Source: an uncultured Holophagales bacterium (lineage in GTDB: Bacteria; Acidobacteriota; Thermoanaerobaculia; Multivoradales; UBA5704). From it: a stretch of 64,000 nt of DNA. The stretch covers positions 477,625 through 541,624 of the forward strand of contig CAWJGT010000025.1 of the NCBI GenBank assembly GCA_963842525.1, written 5' to 3'. The translations under genes and the position numbers were made by a program. Shown one piece after another: positions 62,962 to 64,000 of this stretch. Each line of letters begins with the position of its first letter. Positions within the stretch are counted from its first letter, which is position 1. The notes under the pieces were generated by a model that searched no databases, had not been told where the DNA came from, and was given only the letters and a program-made list of their open reading frames with translations.

Positions 62962-63249
62962 ATGCGCCATTCTTTGGTCCGCGCCGTCGTTCTCGTCCTT
63001 CTCTTGGCGGTCGCGGCCCCCCCGCTCGTCCTCGCGGCTGGCGAGAGCCCGCCCCGGGCTCAACCGGCGTTCCTGTCCGTCATCGGACAGATCTGGGACC
63101 TGGTCCGGAGCGCCTTCGTGTTCTCGGGTCACGAGATCGACCCGGACGGTGTCCAGGCCCCAGACTCCGACAGTGGGCACGGGATCGACCCGGATGGTCT
63201 GCAGTCCACGGATCCCGACCGCGGCCAAGACATCGACCCAGACGGCTAG
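62962..63249 (+). CDS. Secreted peptide with three G-x-x-IDPDG repeats
   Basis: Signal peptide; SGHEIDPDG, DSGHGIDPDG, DRGQDIDPDG*; GAAAGGAG RBS. Confidence 0.88.
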   Translation: MRHSLVRAVVLVLLLAVAAPPLVLAAGESPPRAQPAFLSVIGQIWDLVRSAFVFSGHEIDPDGVQAPDSDSGHGIDPDGLQSTDPDRGQDIDPDG

Positions 63250-63265
63250 CGGGGTTCCCCCTTCC

Positions 63266-63435
63266 ATGCCGGCGGCTCAGGACGTCCATTGGGAGGCCCT
63301 GGCTGCGCTCACACTTTTCAGGAGGCGGCCCGAAAGGACCAGCTCACGGTCGAGAGGACGCTCGAAGTCGCGGCCTATCTGCGCGAGGCACGGAGCGAGC
63401 CTTCTCTCCGCTTCGAGTGGCGCAGACGGCAGTAG
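63266..63435 (+). pseudogene. C-terminal remnant of a TPR protein homologous to 32241-33561
   Basis: QDVHWEALAALTLF / EAARKDQLTVERTLEVAAYLREAR vs QDVHREALTALVVFREAARREELTLRKVRTFAAYLREAR. Confidence 0.8.
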
Positions 63436-63500
63436 GGCTCCTCTCGCTCACCAGGGAACCCGCGTTCTGGGAGCGGTTTCCGGCTTATACTGCAACGTCT

Positions 63501-64000
63501 ATGAGGACTTCCAGCCGTGTATCCCTCTTCCCGTACGTCCTTTTCGTCCTGGCCGTCTGCCTGCTCGCAACGGCCACGTCTGCCGGCGCGGCCAGCCTGC
63601 CCGCGGGCTTCACCGAGACCCGGGTGACCGGCGGCCTCTCCGAGCCGACGGCGATGGCCTTCGCTCCCGACGGCCGGCTGTTCGTCGCCCAGCAGGAGGG
63701 GCAGCTCCGTGTCATCAAGGACGGCGTCCTCCTCCCGACGCCTTTCCTGACGGTGACGGTCAGCTCCGTGGGAGAGCGGGGCCTCCTGGGCGTCGCCTTC
63801 GATCCGGACTTTGCGGCGAACCGGTTCGTCTACGTCTACTATACGGCGACCACCCCGACCATTCACAACCGGGTGAGCCGCTTCACCGCCGCGGGAGACG
63901 TCGCGGCGCCGGGGAGCGAGGCGATCATTCTGGAGCTCAACAACCTGAGCGGCGCGACGAACCACAACGGGGGCGCCATCCACTTCGGCCCGGACGGCAA
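63501..64000 (+). CDS. PQQ-dependent sugar dehydrogenase (GSDH family), runs off the window
   Basis: LPAGF, PTAMAFAPDGRLFV, GERGLLGVAFDPDF, NHNGGAIHFGPDG. Confidence 0.9.
   Translation, partial: MRTSSRVSLFPYVLFVLAVCLLATATSAGAASLPAGFTETRVTGGLSEPTAMAFAPDGRLFVAQQEGQLRVIKDGVLLPTPFLTVTVSSVGERGLLGVAFDPDFAANRFVYVYYTATTPTIHNRVSRFTAAGDVAAPGSEAIILELNNLSGATNHNGGAIHFGPDG

Overview
High-GC bacterial DNA. Gene content suggests Acidobacteriota, probably Thermoanaerobaculia (inference from the ECF-sigma/Ser-Thr kinase-TPR modules, PadR plus permease-prefix gene, LptD and a family of intergenic palindromic repeats). Many single-base frameshifts in housekeeping genes (mltA, thiolase, lptD, rfbA, rfbD, gmd) look like long-read errors. 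Core blocks are envelope and glycosylation genes (0.3-14.8 kb; 37-49.5 kb). The accessory blocks contain: (i) two unlinked genes for small secreted peptides with repeated D-x-G-x-x-[IM]-D-P-[DN]-G motifs, one of them missed by the ORF track, each directly upstream of a member of the same zinc-finger/TPR protein family and sharing an upstream motif; this is a candidate undescribed peptide-receptor signalling system; (ii) three clusters of integron-type attC sites and cassettes with no integron integrase in the window, where a group II intron and an IS91-like (Y2 transposase + tyrosine recombinase) element have each inserted at the GTT core of an attC and an IS66-like element sits in a cassette ORF; (iii) three ECF-sigma/kinase modules, one with a tandemly repeated sigma-cargo-promoter unit and a shared candidate ECF promoter; (iv) toxin-antitoxin pairs, Fic, Uma2 and REP/Y1-transposase remnants.
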